A DNA stretch of 64,000 bases, from the NCBI GenBank assembly GCA_001600815.1, contig BCKZ01000002.1, positions 1,186,294 through 1,250,293 of the forward strand. Reading direction: 5' to 3'. Of the stretch, positions 22,508 to 41,010 are shown one piece after another. Made by a program: the position numbers and the translations under genes. Under the pieces are notes generated by a model that was not told the DNA's origin, made no database searches, and saw only the letters and a list, made by a program, of their open reading frames with translations. Numbering within the stretch: position 1 is the first letter of the stretch; each line of letters opens with the position of its first letter. Source of the DNA: Alloascoidea hylecoeti. Its lineage: Eukaryota.

Positions 22508-23477
22508 GCTAAATATTTTTTAAAATTCTTTATAATGTTTGTTAATATTGTTGATTTAAATAAAGTCAAAAATAATGAAATATCCGAATAATTTCAATTC
22601 TGTGTCTATTAAAAGTCTTTTATGAAATGAATTATAAAATTAAATCAAAAAGGCTATATGTAACTGTAAACGTATGAATTTTTTATGATTTTCTGATTTT
22701 TTTTGGATTTTTTAATTTTTTAAAGAGATTTTTGATAATCTTTAGGGGTAAAGATTATGGTTTTGATGTTTATACTTCTGTATTGAAATTTTAAAAACTT
22801 AAAAAGAGAATCAAATGGTTTCCTAGGTCTTTTAATTTATAACCGAAAATTTACACATGTGATCAACAGCGTGTGCATTTATGCTGAAATTTTATCTAAT
22901 ATTATAATTTACAATGGGAATTGCAGACAAATATTCTGTTTGGCAGACACTACCCGAGTCCCAAAGAACCCGGAGGACATGTGCGTGCATATGTATGAAA
23001 TCATGCATTATATTTCCAACTGGGGACATATAAGATGCGACAGTGACTTTACTACAGTCAGTTCATTATTTGTTTTGCATGCTAATTCAAATATTAGGCG
23101 AATACTACCTCCACCGGCTACCGAAATTAAGTGAAAGTAGTATTTACTTTGATTATTCCATTTCAACTACTTGATAACTGTAAAAGTAAAATAGAAATAT
23201 TATATCTACAGAGTTACACAATACTTATACCTTCTGTTAAAGTTCAAAGTGCCTGTTCTCCCAGTTGCGCCAAAAAGCCAATCGACTCTTTAGTGAACGG
23301 TTCCAAGAGTGTAATATATCCAACACACACCCCAACCTTAGGCAGGTCACTTTACTAATCGCCATATCTGCTCACCCATATATATCCAACACCTTCTTTA
23401 TACCAAATGGTAAACACTATGACATAGTAGGGCATTGCAATTATACAGTGCTTTTAATATCGACTACTTGTTGACCT

Positions 23478-23812
23478 ATATATCGTCACTCAGTTGTAAA
23501 GCTAATAGCACACGATGTAATAGTATTCGAGCTTCTCACTTAAGTTCGTTCACCTTACTCTTAATATTCGACCTCCTTTATATCCAACAAAATGGTTAAA
23601 ATGGCCAAAACTGGTCTTTAAAAAAGTTTAAAGTTATTAAGAGCTGAACTCCCATTGAAAGTGCAATTTGAAGACCTTTTAAGATTTTGAAAGCCTCGTT
23701 TTGACCAGTTTTAACCATTTTGTTGGAGATAAAGGTGGTGGAACTTAAATGAGAAACTCAGATACTATTACAACATGTGATCGAATTACTAGCTTGAACT
23801 GTGGGCGAATAT
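23478..23812. mobile_element. ~335-bp foldback/MITE-like inverted repeat
   Basis: Core arms 23570-23611 (CCTTTATATCCAACAAAATGGTTAAAA) and 23698-23740 (TTTTAACCATTTTGTTGGAGATAAAGG). Pairing continues outward, e.g. TGTAATAGTAT with ATACTATTACA. Confidence 0.75.
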
Positions 23813-24032
23813 CCTCTCAATAGAGTGTGAATATCAATGCATGCAAACATCCTAATGAGGTATTTCTGCTTAGATGCATACCGAGTGACCGGGAAAATTG
23901 CCCCGGGTAAACAAAATATTTGTCTGTATGTAGCAATTCCCAATTTACAATTCATTACCAGTAAGCAAATAAAATCAACTACTATTAACTATAGAATCTT
24001 AAAATCTTAAAATCTTAAAATCACAATAATCT

Positions 24033-27000
24033 TTAACATTTGGAAATCTGACTGTGTGCTTGGTTAAGCTTATTATACATTAGTCTAATCTTATCAGATG
24101 GTGCCTTTGTTGGCCAAAATAAACTTGCAAATGCCCATAGATGTTTTTCAGCCTTTGCCTTTTCTTCGTCTGATAACTTTTTAATCAAACCATCAATATG
24201 AAGCCCAATTTTCAAAAGTTCTGTCTTTAAAATTTTAACCCATTCTTTTTTATCCAATCCCTTATCACCCTTCTTCAAACGTCGTAGACTGTGACGAACA
24301 TCATGCAATGAATCTCTACAAAATTCCTCATCCATACTACCGTAATCCTCATAATTATAATCATCATCCTCTACTAGTGAATTCATAGCTTCTTTAATTT
24401 TTTCCGTTGTTTTTGTATGTGCATGAGAATTAGTTCCTCTACTCTCAGAGGGAGAATCTTGCTTGGGGGATTGGTGATGAGATAACTTTGGGCTAGATGA
24501 AGATGAAACCTCTTTGCTTTTAGTTTTTTTTTGCTTTTCTGAACTAGAGCCGCTAGTTATTCGTGGCTTTTTCTCCTTCTTTTCCTTTTCATGTGAAATA
24601 TGTTTATGTTTAATATCAGGAGTATTACTCGAACGGTTTGTATTTAGAGCAGGAGATTTAGAAGCACCTCCTTTTACAATCGATTTTATTTGCCTCTTTG
24701 TTTTCTTTTTATCACCACTACCATTAATAACATCATTTACTTCATCCCGAAGAACAGAAATTAAATAATCCACTCTTCTACTCAAATGAACAGACCCAGG
24801 CATTTTTGGTTTTTGGTTTGGCTCTCTTTTCCCCTTCTTTTCAACTCGATGTTCTTCTAAAAAAAACTTATCTCCCAATCCAAGTAATGGATCATCTCTA
24901 ATTGATACCCAAGCGCCATATCCATATTTCCTTACCCCAACAAGAAGCATTACATCTTCTTGTTCTTCCCATGAAGAGACCCATCCATGGACAGATTTAA
25001 CCGGATTAGTGAACTTGAAATCCATCATTGAATCAGATTCTAATTTATTTCTCAAAATTTTCAAATCACTAGGTCTTTGAATAATTAGTTCAGCATTGAG
25101 AGTTTTAACGCCCAAATATTCAAATAATATTGCCTTTCTTTCTTTTCGCTTTGCTATTACTTTTGCAGAATTCACAATATTTTCTTCTATTTCATTTGGG
25201 TTCTTGGCACGCTCTTGCGCAATTAATTCCCTTAATGATTCTTCTTTCCTTATCCTCTCTTTTTCTACTAACCCTTCGCTCAATTTGATAAGATCAGAAT
25301 AAACATTTTTGATCAATGAGGGGACTCTATTTGATAAGGTACCATCACTAAATAGCTGATCCCAAATATCGGAAAAGTCACCATATCGTAAAATTGCTTT
25401 ATATAAACCACGTATTTCCTTTTCTGTTACTTTAGTAGGATCAAGTTGAGGTTCAGACTTTTTTCTTGGTTTTTTCTTCTTTCCTGAATGCGAATTATCA
25501 TCATCATCTTCTTCTTCCAATACATTAATATCTTTCCTCATTGCAGCTTTTCGACGACTATACAATGAAATCTGTTCTTCTAAGAATTTGTCATTTTCAC
25601 GACGCTTTTCTTCTTCTTTAATTTTCACTAATTCTTCGGATGGGATTATATCATCCCAATCAACATCGGCCTTATAATCAGTAACTTCAAATTGTTTTAA
25701 GAATTCTTCTCCACCAAGGTGCGATTCACCTAAATCTGGAGTAGTAATATGATCCTCAGCATGGTCTAACACATCGTCAAGATTCATATTTTCCAATTTC
25801 CTCTGGTTATCTACATTTTTGAACATATTCCCAGCACCAAATTTTAATATTTGAGAAAGTTCATTAGCAGTAGGATCACTTTTCTTTGCAGCTGATCCTT
25901 TATCAGTTATACCCAATGAAATAATAGCATATTCTAAAATCATTTTTCGTCGGGCCCTTTCCAATACTTCTTCTTCAATTGTGTCCTTAGATACAAATCG
26001 ATAAACCATAACATGAGATTTTTGTCCAATCCTATGAGCTCTTGCCATAGCTTGCAAATCTGCTTGGGGATTCCAATCCGAATCAAAAATGATAACAGTA
26101 TCAGCTGTCATTAAATTAATTCCTAAACCTCCGGCTCTAGTACTCAATAAAAATACAAAATCTGGACTACCATGAGCATTGTAGTGATCAATTGCAATTC
26201 TTCTTGTTGCAGATGGAACAGTACCATCTAATCTTTGGTATGCATATCCTTTAATTGATAAATAATCGCAAAGAATATCCAACATCCGTACCATTTGGCT
26301 AAAAATCAAAACACGATGTCCATCCCTTTTCAACCGGGTAAGGAGTTTATCGAGAAGAACCATTTTCCCACTGTTCATGACCATACCACGAAATATATTT
26401 TCACGTCTTCTATCTTTTGTGGCTTCCATGAACACTTCTTCAGCATTAGGGAATAAATAGGGGTGATTTGAAGCTTTCTTTAATTCAACCATGACATTTA
26501 GAAGACTTATCTGGGAGGAACCAGTGGCACCAGCATTTAAAGCACTATAATTCTTTGAGATGATATTTTTATAGTACTCTGTTTGCATATCTGATAACTC
26601 AACACGTAAAATCCTTTCAGTTTTAGAAGGTAGTGATTTCTCGACATCTTTCTTTAAACGACGGAGAATGAATGGTTGTAATTTTGTATGTAAACCTTGT
26701 ATGTATTCTTCTTGTTTGTCATTAGGTTGCTCAAAGTCAATTTCCTGATCAATTGAGAAGTATCCAGGCATAAGAAAATTAACCAGTGCATCTAACTCTT
26801 TAATGTTATTTTGTAAAGGAGTACCTGTGATCAACAATTTATTAGCAACCTTGAGCTCATTTAATGCTTCATAAAGAGATGATTCTGCATTTTTCAAACG
26901 ATGAGCTTCATCGACGGCCAAATATTGCCATCTAATTTGTCCTAATTCTGATCTATCCTTTAATACATAATCATAGGTTGTAATAAGAAGATTAAATTTC

Positions 27001-28750
27001 GGTTTCTTGTTTTTTTCAGTTACAAAAAATTCATGTTGACGGATTGTCTGTCTTGACTTAGCATTACCAAGATACATAATATAGTTCAAATCTGGAGCCC
27101 AGAAATCAAAAGTCTCTTGCCAAGCTGGGATTGTAGATAATGGAACAACAACTAAAAATGGTCCATTTTGTTTTCTAGCATAGATAAGCCATGATAAAAA
27201 GGCAACAGTTTGTACTGTCTTTCCTAACCCCATTTCATCGGCTAATATACCATTTTCATCTCTGGACCATAAAAATGCCATCCAGTTTAATCCTGTCAAT
27301 TGAAAATCCCGAAGTTGTCCACCTTTTATGAAGCTTGGTTGTTCACTAAGTTTTTCAAATTTAGGCCTCTTTGCACCAAATTGTAAACTTTGAGTTGGAG
27401 ATATCTTTGAGTTGATTCGTCTTTGAAAATGTTCAATTTGTTTGGGTGAAATTTGGCCAATTTCATTGGCATCTTCCCATGTACACTCATCATAATATAA
27501 TCTCTTCCATTTAATTAGATATTGCAATTTGGTCGGTGAAGTCTCGGTTGCTGGTAAACGTTTCGAGGTGACTATTCTTTCGACTAGTTTATATTCTTCA
27601 TATTGCTCCCTTCTACGTTCAACGTCAATGTCCATAGCTTCAATATCTTCTTGAGTAGTAAATGAATCTTTTCTAATCTCTTGATCTAAAATAATAAATT
27701 GTTTAATATAATTAGACAAACGCTTACTTCCACGAATATTTGAAATATTTTCATGTTTCTCCCAAGTATTATGGATATGTGATAAATCTTTCCATTTAAC
27801 CAGGAATTCATAGTCATTTTCTAGAGCATCAGATGGTTCTTCACCCTCATTAATACGCCGATGATCTAAAATCATATCAATAAAATTAGCACTATCTTCG
27901 GGTTCAGCAGTCAAACTTGGTTTTGATGTTTCATCATAATAATATACATCATCGCCATCACTTTCCAATAAATCATCATCATTAGTATCAATACTATAGT
28001 TCACGGACGCGCTATTTCGTGTAGAGAAACGAACAAAACTTGGCTCATCACTCTTAAAAGGTTTCTTGGACTTCCGTATCTTAGATAAACCCTTTTCTTT
28101 ACTTCTAGACTTTTTATTTGGAGCATAAGAATCAGATTCCTCTTCAGTTTCACCACCATCCATCGTGCTAGCATTATATGATTCATTTCTTGACCTATAA
28201 GCAGGAAATCCATTTGCTTCATCCTTTCTCTTTGATTTCTTTTTACCTTTCCGTCTTGCCCGACTATGGGCATCTTCAGAGTCCTCATCTGAACTATAGG
28301 TATATTTGGTTCTTTTACGATGATGTGTTGGTTCTTCTTCGATTTGAAACCTTTCAGGAGCAGTATGGGCTCTTCTTGATCTTCTTAACCCGTAAAGTTC
28401 TGGGTTTTGGTAAATACTTTCATTTACACCGTGAGAAAATTTAGAGGAAACGGCAGGGCTGTGGGAAACAGGGGATAAGAAGGGAGCATTTTCCGTGGTG
28501 GACGTCTATATATGGGTTAGCATTTAGCCATGTACAGATATAAATATGGAGTATTATAAGTGCATTATTGTAAACCATCGAAGCCAATAATTATAAGTTT
28601 GTTTTGAAATCATGTCCAAGAAGAAATTTTGCCCAAAGCGCCGATGCTCACTTAATAGAAATATTTCGATCAAGGTATGATCGAAGGGAAAATAATGATA
28701 AAATAGGAGAAACAAAATAAGAAGAAAATACTTACTGGATTCGAAGTCAT
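24033..28750 (-). CDS. CHD1: Chromodomain helicase Chd1; exons 28750-28736 and 28505-24033
   Basis: Two chromodomains and an SNF2 ATPase ([15 protein letters not shown]). A 15-nt first exon plus intron GTAAGT..GCTAAC..TAG extends the ORF to the conserved [10 protein letters not shown]. Confidence 0.95.
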
Positions 28751-30122
28751 TATTGCTTGTACTGTGAGATTTTGTGGCCGTAGAAAATATCTTGATATAC
28801 CAACAGTTCGACAAGCGAGGTAAAGAATTATTTATAAATAGAATAATCCGATCAGCTTAATAGATAAATTATATCAATTAATTAAATAATGAAAAGTTCG
28901 TGAATAATCGGGGAGTAGAATACTACAAAATATAGTGAAAAATATAATCGACTGCTTTGAGTTGGAGGTTACGTTGGTTCTAGGTGAGGCAATCCGAATG
29001 TCTGAAACTTTATATATGGATAACCTTTATTATGGTATTCAAAGTACCTTATTATTAAATCTATACTTTATAAATCTATTTTATCAATCATCAAAACAAT
29101 TTCCGAAATCATAAATATGTTAAAGGAAATCATAGCTATCTAGATATTCTTCCAGCTATTAGTATCTGTTAAAAATGTGTCAACAAATGAGTCATAGTAA
29201 GTGTTTATTTCGATTTCGATCAGAAACTTGAAGATATAGCCTATATCTATTAATCATATCTGTAGAATTAAGCATTGGGTATGAGATCAGAAAAATTAGT
29301 TGGATACAGAGCAAAACAAGGTCATAATCGATATCAATGTGTTCGAATGGTATACAAGAAATATTGAATCTTGGGTAAATAATAGTGTTTATTAACGGAT
29401 GGTACTTTTCTTATAGACCTTCTTTCTGTGGATAGCAATTAGATATTTGAAGTACTTGAACATAAAGCAGGGACTCATAGTATACTCAATGAATGTCCTT
29501 CAGTTAATACGTTGCATATATTCAATCTCCAATTCACCCGCCAATCTTAGTAAAACAAGTATCAAATAACCGAAAAGGTTTAAGGATTATGTTGAAAAGC
29601 TGATCAGCCAGTTAATTGTATATTGATCTGATATCATAATGTATTGTAATATCAACAATCAATGACATTCCACCTCAATATCGTCAAATAAGAGGTCCCT
29701 TGTCATGCGAAATAGCCCTGCTAATCAGACACACTGAACAACTGAAAGTTTCATCTAAACATTTGAACGATTTCCGGCATCTAGGCAAAAAAGAAAATAT
29801 CAAAAAAAAAATCAAATTTCAAGGGAGGTACAGGTATGAAGGCAATAAAAAGCTTCGTATAATTATAAGGTGCCGTAAATAACATTTAAAACACCCGGAA
29901 AGTTTTATAGCTGGCCAATTAGGGCTTGTTGGTAGTCATCCGTGCTCATATATACGGAAACAGGCGTATATGGTGTCACATTAACTCTGCTGAAAAGTTG
30001 AAAAAAAAAATATATTGTAAGAGCTTAAATTATTTGGATCACCATCTGCACTCTATATTCTTCTTGACTTTTGCTCCTTGTTTTTTTTTTCCCAGTTGTT
30101 GTCTGATCTTTGATATTCTATT

Positions 30123-31943
30123 ATGTCCTCTAAATTGACAAGAATTGCTATTGTTAGCACTGATAAATGCAAACCCAAAAAATGCAGACAAGAATGTCGA
30201 AAATCATGTCCTGTGAATAAAACTGGTAAATTATGTATCGAGGTTACTCCAACTAATAAAATCGCCTTCATTTCAGAAATTCACTGTATTGGTTGTGGTA
30301 TTTGTGTCAAAAAGTGTCCATTTGGTGCTATCAATATCATTAATTTACCAACTGATTTGAGTAAAGATGTTACCCATAGATACTCAGCAAATTCTTTTAA
30401 ATTGCACAGATTGCCTACCCCTAGACCTGGTCAAGTTCTTGGATTGGTCGGCACAAATGGTATTGGTAAGTCGACCGCTTTGAAAATTCTAGCGGGTAAG
30501 CAAAAACCAAATCTAGGTCAGTACGACAACCCTCCAGATTGGGAAGACATTTTAAAATATTTTAGAGGTAGTGAACTACAAAATTACTTTACTAAAGTTC
30601 TAGAAGATAACATTAATGCTATCATTAAACCTCAATATGTTGATAATATTCCAAGAGCTATTAAAGGTCCAATGAATAAGGTTGGTGAATTATTAAAGGC
30701 AAAATTACAAAGAAAGGACACTTTTAAAGAAATCTTTGAAGTTTTAGAATTGAAGAGTATTTTAAAGCGTGAAGTTGCTAAATTATCCGGTGGTGAATTA
30801 CAAAGATTTGCAATTGCCATGACTTGTGTCCAAGATGCAGATGTCTACATGTTTGATGAACCTTCTTCTTACTTGGATGTTAAACAGAGATTAAATGCCG
30901 CTAGAATGATCAGATCGTTGTTACATGCGACAAACTACTGTATTGTTGTTGAGCACGATTTATCTGTCTTGGATTACTTATCTGATTTCGTTTGTATCTT
31001 ATATGGTGTTCCATCAGTTTATGGTGTTGTTACTCTGCCTTCTTCAGTTCGTGAAGGTATTAATATGTTCTTGGACGGTAACATTGCTACTGAAAATTTA
31101 AGATTCAGAACTGAAAGTTTACACTTTAAATTGACTGACTCCTCTGATGTTTTCCTAGTTGATAAAAGTAGAAAATTTGAATACGATACTATGACAAAAA
31201 CCCAAGGGGATTTTAAATTGACCATTGATTCTGGTGATTTCAGTGACTCTGAAATTATTGTTATGATGGGTGAGAATGGTACTGGTAAGACCACCTTTTG
31301 TCGTCTTCTTGCTGGTGCTATTTCACCGGATAATGGAAAGAAAGCTCCCGAATTAAATGTAAGTATGAAACCCCAAAAGATTGCTCCTAAATTTACCGGA
31401 ACAGTTCGTCAATTGTTCTTTAAGAAAATTCGCGCATCTTTCTTGCATCCTCAATTCCAAACTGATGTTTGTAAACCATTGAGAATCGATGATATTGTTG
31501 ATCAAGAAGTACAACATTTGTCTGGTGGTGAATTACAACGTGTTGCTATTGTTTTGGCTCTTGGTAAACCTGCTGATATCTACCTTATCGATGAACCTTC
31601 TGCTTATTTGGATTCTGAACAACGTATTATTTGTGCTAAAGTTATCAGAAGATTTATTCTCCATTCCAAGAAGACTGCTTTTATCGTTGAGCATGATTTT
31701 ATAATGGCCACTTATCTTGCTGATCGTGTTATTGTGTTTGACGGTCAACCATCAATTAATGCTAGAGCAGCAGCCCCAGAAAGTTTGTTAACTGGTTGTA
31801 ACCGATTTTTGAAGAATTTGAATGTTACCTTTAGACGTGATCCTACTTCATTCAGACCCAGAATCAATAAATTAGACTCTCAGATGGACAAGGAACAAAA
31901 AGCTAATGGTAATTATTTCTTTTTGGAAAACACCGATCTTTGA
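30123..31943 (+). CDS. RLI1: ABCE1 Fe-S ribosome recycling ATPase
   Basis: N-terminal Cys clusters ([27 protein letters not shown]) and twin ABC domains with LSGGELQR. Confidence 0.97.
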   Translation: MSSKLTRIAIVSTDKCKPKKCRQECRKSCPVNKTGKLCIEVTPTNKIAFISEIHCIGCGICVKKCPFGAINIINLPTDLSKDVTHRYSANSFKLHRLPTPRPGQVLGLVGTNGIGKSTALKILAGKQKPNLGQYDNPPDWEDILKYFRGSELQNYFTKVLEDNINAIIKPQYVDNIPRAIKGPMNKVGELLKAKLQRKDTFKEIFEVLELKSILKREVAKLSGGELQRFAIAMTCVQDADVYMFDEPSSYLDVKQRLNAARMIRSLLHATNYCIVVEHDLSVLDYLSDFVCILYGVPSVYGVVTLPSSVREGINMFLDGNIATENLRFRTESLHFKLTDSSDVFLVDKSRKFEYDTMTKTQGDFKLTIDSGDFSDSEIIVMMGENGTGKTTFCRLLAGAISPDNGKKAPELNVSMKPQKIAPKFTGTVRQLFFKKIRASFLHPQFQTDVCKPLRIDDIVDQEVQHLSGGELQRVAIVLALGKPADIYLIDEPSAYLDSEQRIICAKVIRRFILHSKKTAFIVEHDFIMATYLADRVIVFDGQPSINARAAAPESLLTGCNRFLKNLNVTFRRDPTSFRPRINKLDSQMDKEQKANGNYFFLENTDL

Positions 31944-32461
31944 AAAGGTTGTTTTCGCACATGTTGTAATTAATTTTATTATTAATCACTCCAACCGGGT
32001 TTGGTCTGACGTGAATTATTCTTTCCAGCGAAAGAATGACACCTATTGCTATTCAAGAAAGATTCCTTGATCGTATAGAAACAGAGGTAGCCGTAACCCT
32101 TTCATATTGATATAGTGTTTACGGCATGTTTCAAAACTAATTGGTCAACAATTAGCCAAGAACCCATTTTGAAACACAATCATCTCTAAGACTAGCCGTT
32201 TGTAGAGTGGGGATAGTTGCTGAACTATTGAATTTTTGTTATTATTATACGTTTGATATTTGTTATATAGAGGAAATCCTGAAAAATCGTTTAATTATAC
32301 ATAGTTTATATAATGAATAGTTTGTTGGGTTTTTCTGCAATACATTTATAAAAAATAAAAGTGCATGGTATGTAGAGTGGGTAATAAATCTAAATTTTGC
32401 TGTGGACACAAAGAAAACTATAATTAACACTATTTTGCCTCTTCACAAACAGCTTTTCAGA

Positions 32462-33480
32462 ATGGCTATATTAGAGAAAAACAGTAAGTACTCGATCCTG
32501 TGTGGCTTTAACAATGCCTGTATGTGTCTAATACCAATTCGTTCTTTAAAAAAGTAATATATACTGCTGTGGCTTATGGATCCACGGTCCTTGTGGGATA
32601 CAATCAGACCTCAACCAATCCATCCACAATCGTGGGTCTTGTATTGAACAGAATTCAACCGGAAGACAATGAAAAGGTATACTCATCCTTCCAGTGTTTC
32701 ATGTATCCAGATTACGTATAATATTAACATTTTTTTAACTACTAATGTTTTAGTTAAGCTTCATCTACGATGACTACCTGATCCATTACTCGACAACAGG
32801 TGGTACTCCCGCCCTACCAAACGGCCTTACATATATTGTGATGGCCCGTAAGGTTCTCGGAAAAAGAATTCCTTTTACCTTGCTTTCAGATGTAGAAAAA
32901 TCATTTAATGAGTTATACGATGCTACTCAAATAACAAAAGCCAAGGAAAATGGGTTGAAAGATTTTGGAAGTACTTTGAAGAGCTTGGTCGAAGTTGCCG
33001 AGACTGGCGAGAGTGATCCGGCGTTTCTAGCCAGGGGAGATATCGATGAGGTCCGAGATATCATGGTTCAAAATATTGAAAGGTAATTTTCTTGCTGAAT
33101 ATGATATGGTACACATTGCTAACATCGAAATAAAGAATTCTTGAAAGAGGTGAACGGATAAACTTGCTAGTTAATAAGACTGATATAATGAACACAAATG
33201 CAGCGGCCTTCAGAAGACGAACTGTTCAGATTAAGAGACATCTCTGGTGGAAGAACGTAAAGTATGTGTGCTAATCTACGTCCACTGATATCATGTACTA
33301 ATACTTTACTTTTAGGATGATGGCGTTCTTAACTATAGGTGGAATTATTTTACTTTACCTAATAATCGGGTCTGCCTGTGGATTGCCTTGTAAGTATTGA
33401 TCTCTTGATCTATTAACGTTAAATGGTACTAATATAGCTATAATACAGTTTATGACCGATGCTTTAGGAGTGGGAATTGA
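32462..33480 (+). CDS. Longin R-SNARE, VAMP7/Nyv1 family; exons 32462-32483, 32555-32676, 32754-33082, 33136-33261, 33316-33389, 33449-33480
   Basis: Spliced product has a longin domain (IIYTAVAYGSTVL..GKRIPFTLL), SNARE motif IMVQNIERILERGERINLLVNKT, WWKNVK, a TM segment and SACGLP. Confidence 0.88.
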
Positions 33481-33494
33481 TTAATTAATAGGTA

Positions 33495-34488
33495 TTATAA
33501 TTCATCTTCACTCTCAATGTCACTGTTTTCTTGTTTGATATCTTCATCGCGATCGCCAACCAATTCAGCCTCTTCTGATACTAAAGCGTCATTGTCGTCC
33601 TCTTCCTCTACCACATGGGCATCTACCTCATCATCCTCGTCATGTTGTAGCTCTTCAGTTTCTTCCTCACTTTCGGTGTCATCATCACCGCTGATTGTAA
33701 GCTCATCATCTGAATTGTTTGCCTTCAAATAATTAGTGTCAATTCCATCACGTATAATATACAGAAATTTCTTTTAAACTTACCGCATTCTTTGAATCTC
33801 CTTTATTTGTTTTGATTTTCTTAGTTGTTGGAGATGCAGACGAATCTAGACCATTGTTTGAACTATCAGCCTCTGTTGTTTTTTTATCCTTTTCCTTTAG
33901 TTCTTCTGCTCTTTGTTTCTTTGATAGCTTTTTTTGTGCGGCAAGCTTTTCAAATTCTATAATTTGTACCAATGTTAATTAAGATATATCTTTATATGCA
34001 AAATGTATTTTGATGCGTACGTTCCAATTCTCTTTTTACCGTTGGAACAAACGAAGCTAGATCCGCAGCTTCCAGCCCAGCAATTATATCTTGAGCATTG
34101 AGAGTTTTTCTTTCTTGACTACTGGCAACTTGATTGGCACTGATAATTAAAACCATCATTAGCATGTTAATTGATTTCAACCCGGTTACTATTATAACCA
34201 CTTACTGAAAAAAAAGATAATTGACAAATACAGTAGCACTTCGTTGCAGTAGCCGTAATGAATCCTTTGAAATATTGTTATCAGATAAAACATCTTTGGC
34301 TAATCTCAAAATAGTCGAGCGAGGGAACAATAGATCCTAAACCAATGTTAGAAAAGCGTGTCGATAATTGTTAGTATATATTGGCTTACCTCGACAGAGT
34401 ACATTTCATCCTTTTTTGAATTGCTCTGAGGTGCAGTTGGGCCTTCTTTGTTTCCATCCGGATACTTTCTCCATCCCTTTGGTGGCAT
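33495..34488 (-). CDS. DPB4: DNA polymerase epsilon/ISW2 histone-fold subunit; exons 34488-34390, 34336-34206, 34139-34021, 33956-33784, 33722-33495
   Basis: MPPKGWRK start, EDLLFPRSTILRLAK, ISKDSLRLLQRSATVFVNYL, RKTLNAQDII and an acidic tail. Confidence 0.9.
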
Positions 34489-34599
34489 TATTTATTATTC
34501 AGAGTGAAAATAATATTCGCAGCTTGCTTTCTACAATTAACACAGTATTACCAAAGTTACCCTGATTGATGACTATAAAAGATCTTGCATGTCTTAAGT

Positions 34600-34607
34600 A
34601 TGACTCA
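34600..34607. promoter_or_regulatory. Gcn4/CpcA site ATGACTCA in the DPB4-ARO1 divergent promoter
   Basis: 54 bp upstream of the ARO1 ATG. ARO1 is a known general-amino-acid-control target. Confidence 0.7.
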
Positions 34608-34628
34608 ACTCTATTAATATATTGTTAA

Positions 34629-39394
<4,766 letters not shown>

Positions 39395-41010
39395 TTAAAT
39401 AGGACACATTAGTAGTTTTAGTATTATTTCATTACTTTAAAGTTTTATCAACCTTAAATACGTGTATAAATATGAGTAGTTTGTGTATTCCTTCTGCTAA
39501 TTATCTACTCAATACTTCAAAATTTATCAAACTTTTATTATATAATATCACATTACTCAAGTAATCTGCAGCACACCTTTGTTTTTTTTCCGGCGCATAG
39601 AATTTTTATAATCTTTCTTTTACACATATAAAATTATCAGGTAACTCATCTGCATAATAACATGTATGAACGAAAGTATACCTATTTCATTTATAATTTC
39701 TTCACCATCATTTGTTTTAAAAGAGATATAAAATAAGATACAACTAATTTAGGATTTTTATATCTTTTATAAATTAAATCCATAAAATCAGTACAGAATA
39801 CTCTATTTACTTGAGATGATAAAAATTTTACCAATTGAATCAGCTTTACCAATTAATTATTTTTTATAAAGATTAAAAAGAATACCAAGATTATGAATAT
39901 TTGGTTTTATATTTAAATCAATCATATAATTTAATGATAAACATTCATTTATATAATCAATTTTTGATTCTTGAAAACTTTTTATATTTTAATACTTGTC
40001 TTTTATATTTAATATTTGTTAAATTTTCAAAAAAAATTAGAAATATCCATTTCCCCCCATGTCTTGTTGTTGTATTTAAAATCAAATATTTATATTAATT
40101 AACAAAAGTCTTCTTCTAAAGGCAATATACTCCAGATTTGAAAAATTAAAGAATTACGACCGTTGATCTTTAAAAGGTTTGACAAAGTAGGTTGGAACTT
40201 ATTGTGAATGACAAGCTGTTTGGTTACTGAGAACAAACGCTCAGTAGCAACCCAATTTAATGAAAGATGAATCTTAATATTTTAATTGATTGGGCCTAGG
40301 ATATATTTGCAAAAATCGAAGTATTTTAATCTTTTTTTTATTTTCTTAAAAAACTTTAGAAATCTCTCCTTCATTCTTTAAACGACATCCACCAAAAGCC
40401 ACCCTCACTTACAACATAACGACGAATAACACCTTGGATGATAATGATATTAGTTTAACTGTTCCATTATACAGATAGTCAAGATATTGTCAATGTGTAT
40501 ATTGAAATTAAATCTAGCTAGAGGTAAATTTTACATGAATATATAATTCAGCTGCAGGATCAAGAAAACCAGTTGGCAGAGTTTGTACCTCTACGCTGAT
40601 TTTTATTGTAAAGTTGTCCCTGTCTAAAATTTTATTTAAACAAGTTTTTGTTCTCTTCCGTTCCAAAAATTAAACCAAATTTTACCGACAAAAGTTGATC
40701 ATAATCCTCAAGAGAAAGGGTAAGTAACTGTTTTATATTTGATGAATAACTAGTCATTATATGGGTAATATTGTTATAATTAGGTCAAATAAATCGCCGC
40801 ATTACGTAATCCAAAATGGCAACCATTGAAAAAGTAGCAGCGTCCGTAGATTTACTCATTGTGTAACTTTTGTAATATCCAAGATTTGAGGTAATTTAGA
40901 ATTTTATTTGATAAATAAAAATAGTATGTATACGTAACCGATTAACTTTATGGAAACATCAAAATTCTATACGACACATCCACTGTTTTTTCGAAAAAGA
41001 TTACGAGGTA

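Noticed and set aside
29187..29195. Perfect ATGAGTCAT site; TGACTCA also at 14442 and 56417
   Set aside because: Isolated sites next to genes with no established Gcn4 link, so chance cannot be excluded.
39636..39713. C/D snoRNA candidate with ACTTTCGTTC complementary to 18S rRNA
   Set aside because: The C box is imperfect and the 10-nt match is not next to a D or D' box.
40655..40727. TACTTACC plus AATTTTTGG on the minus strand as U1 snRNA
   Set aside because: The two motifs are only about 55 nt apart and the U1-70K loop is missing.
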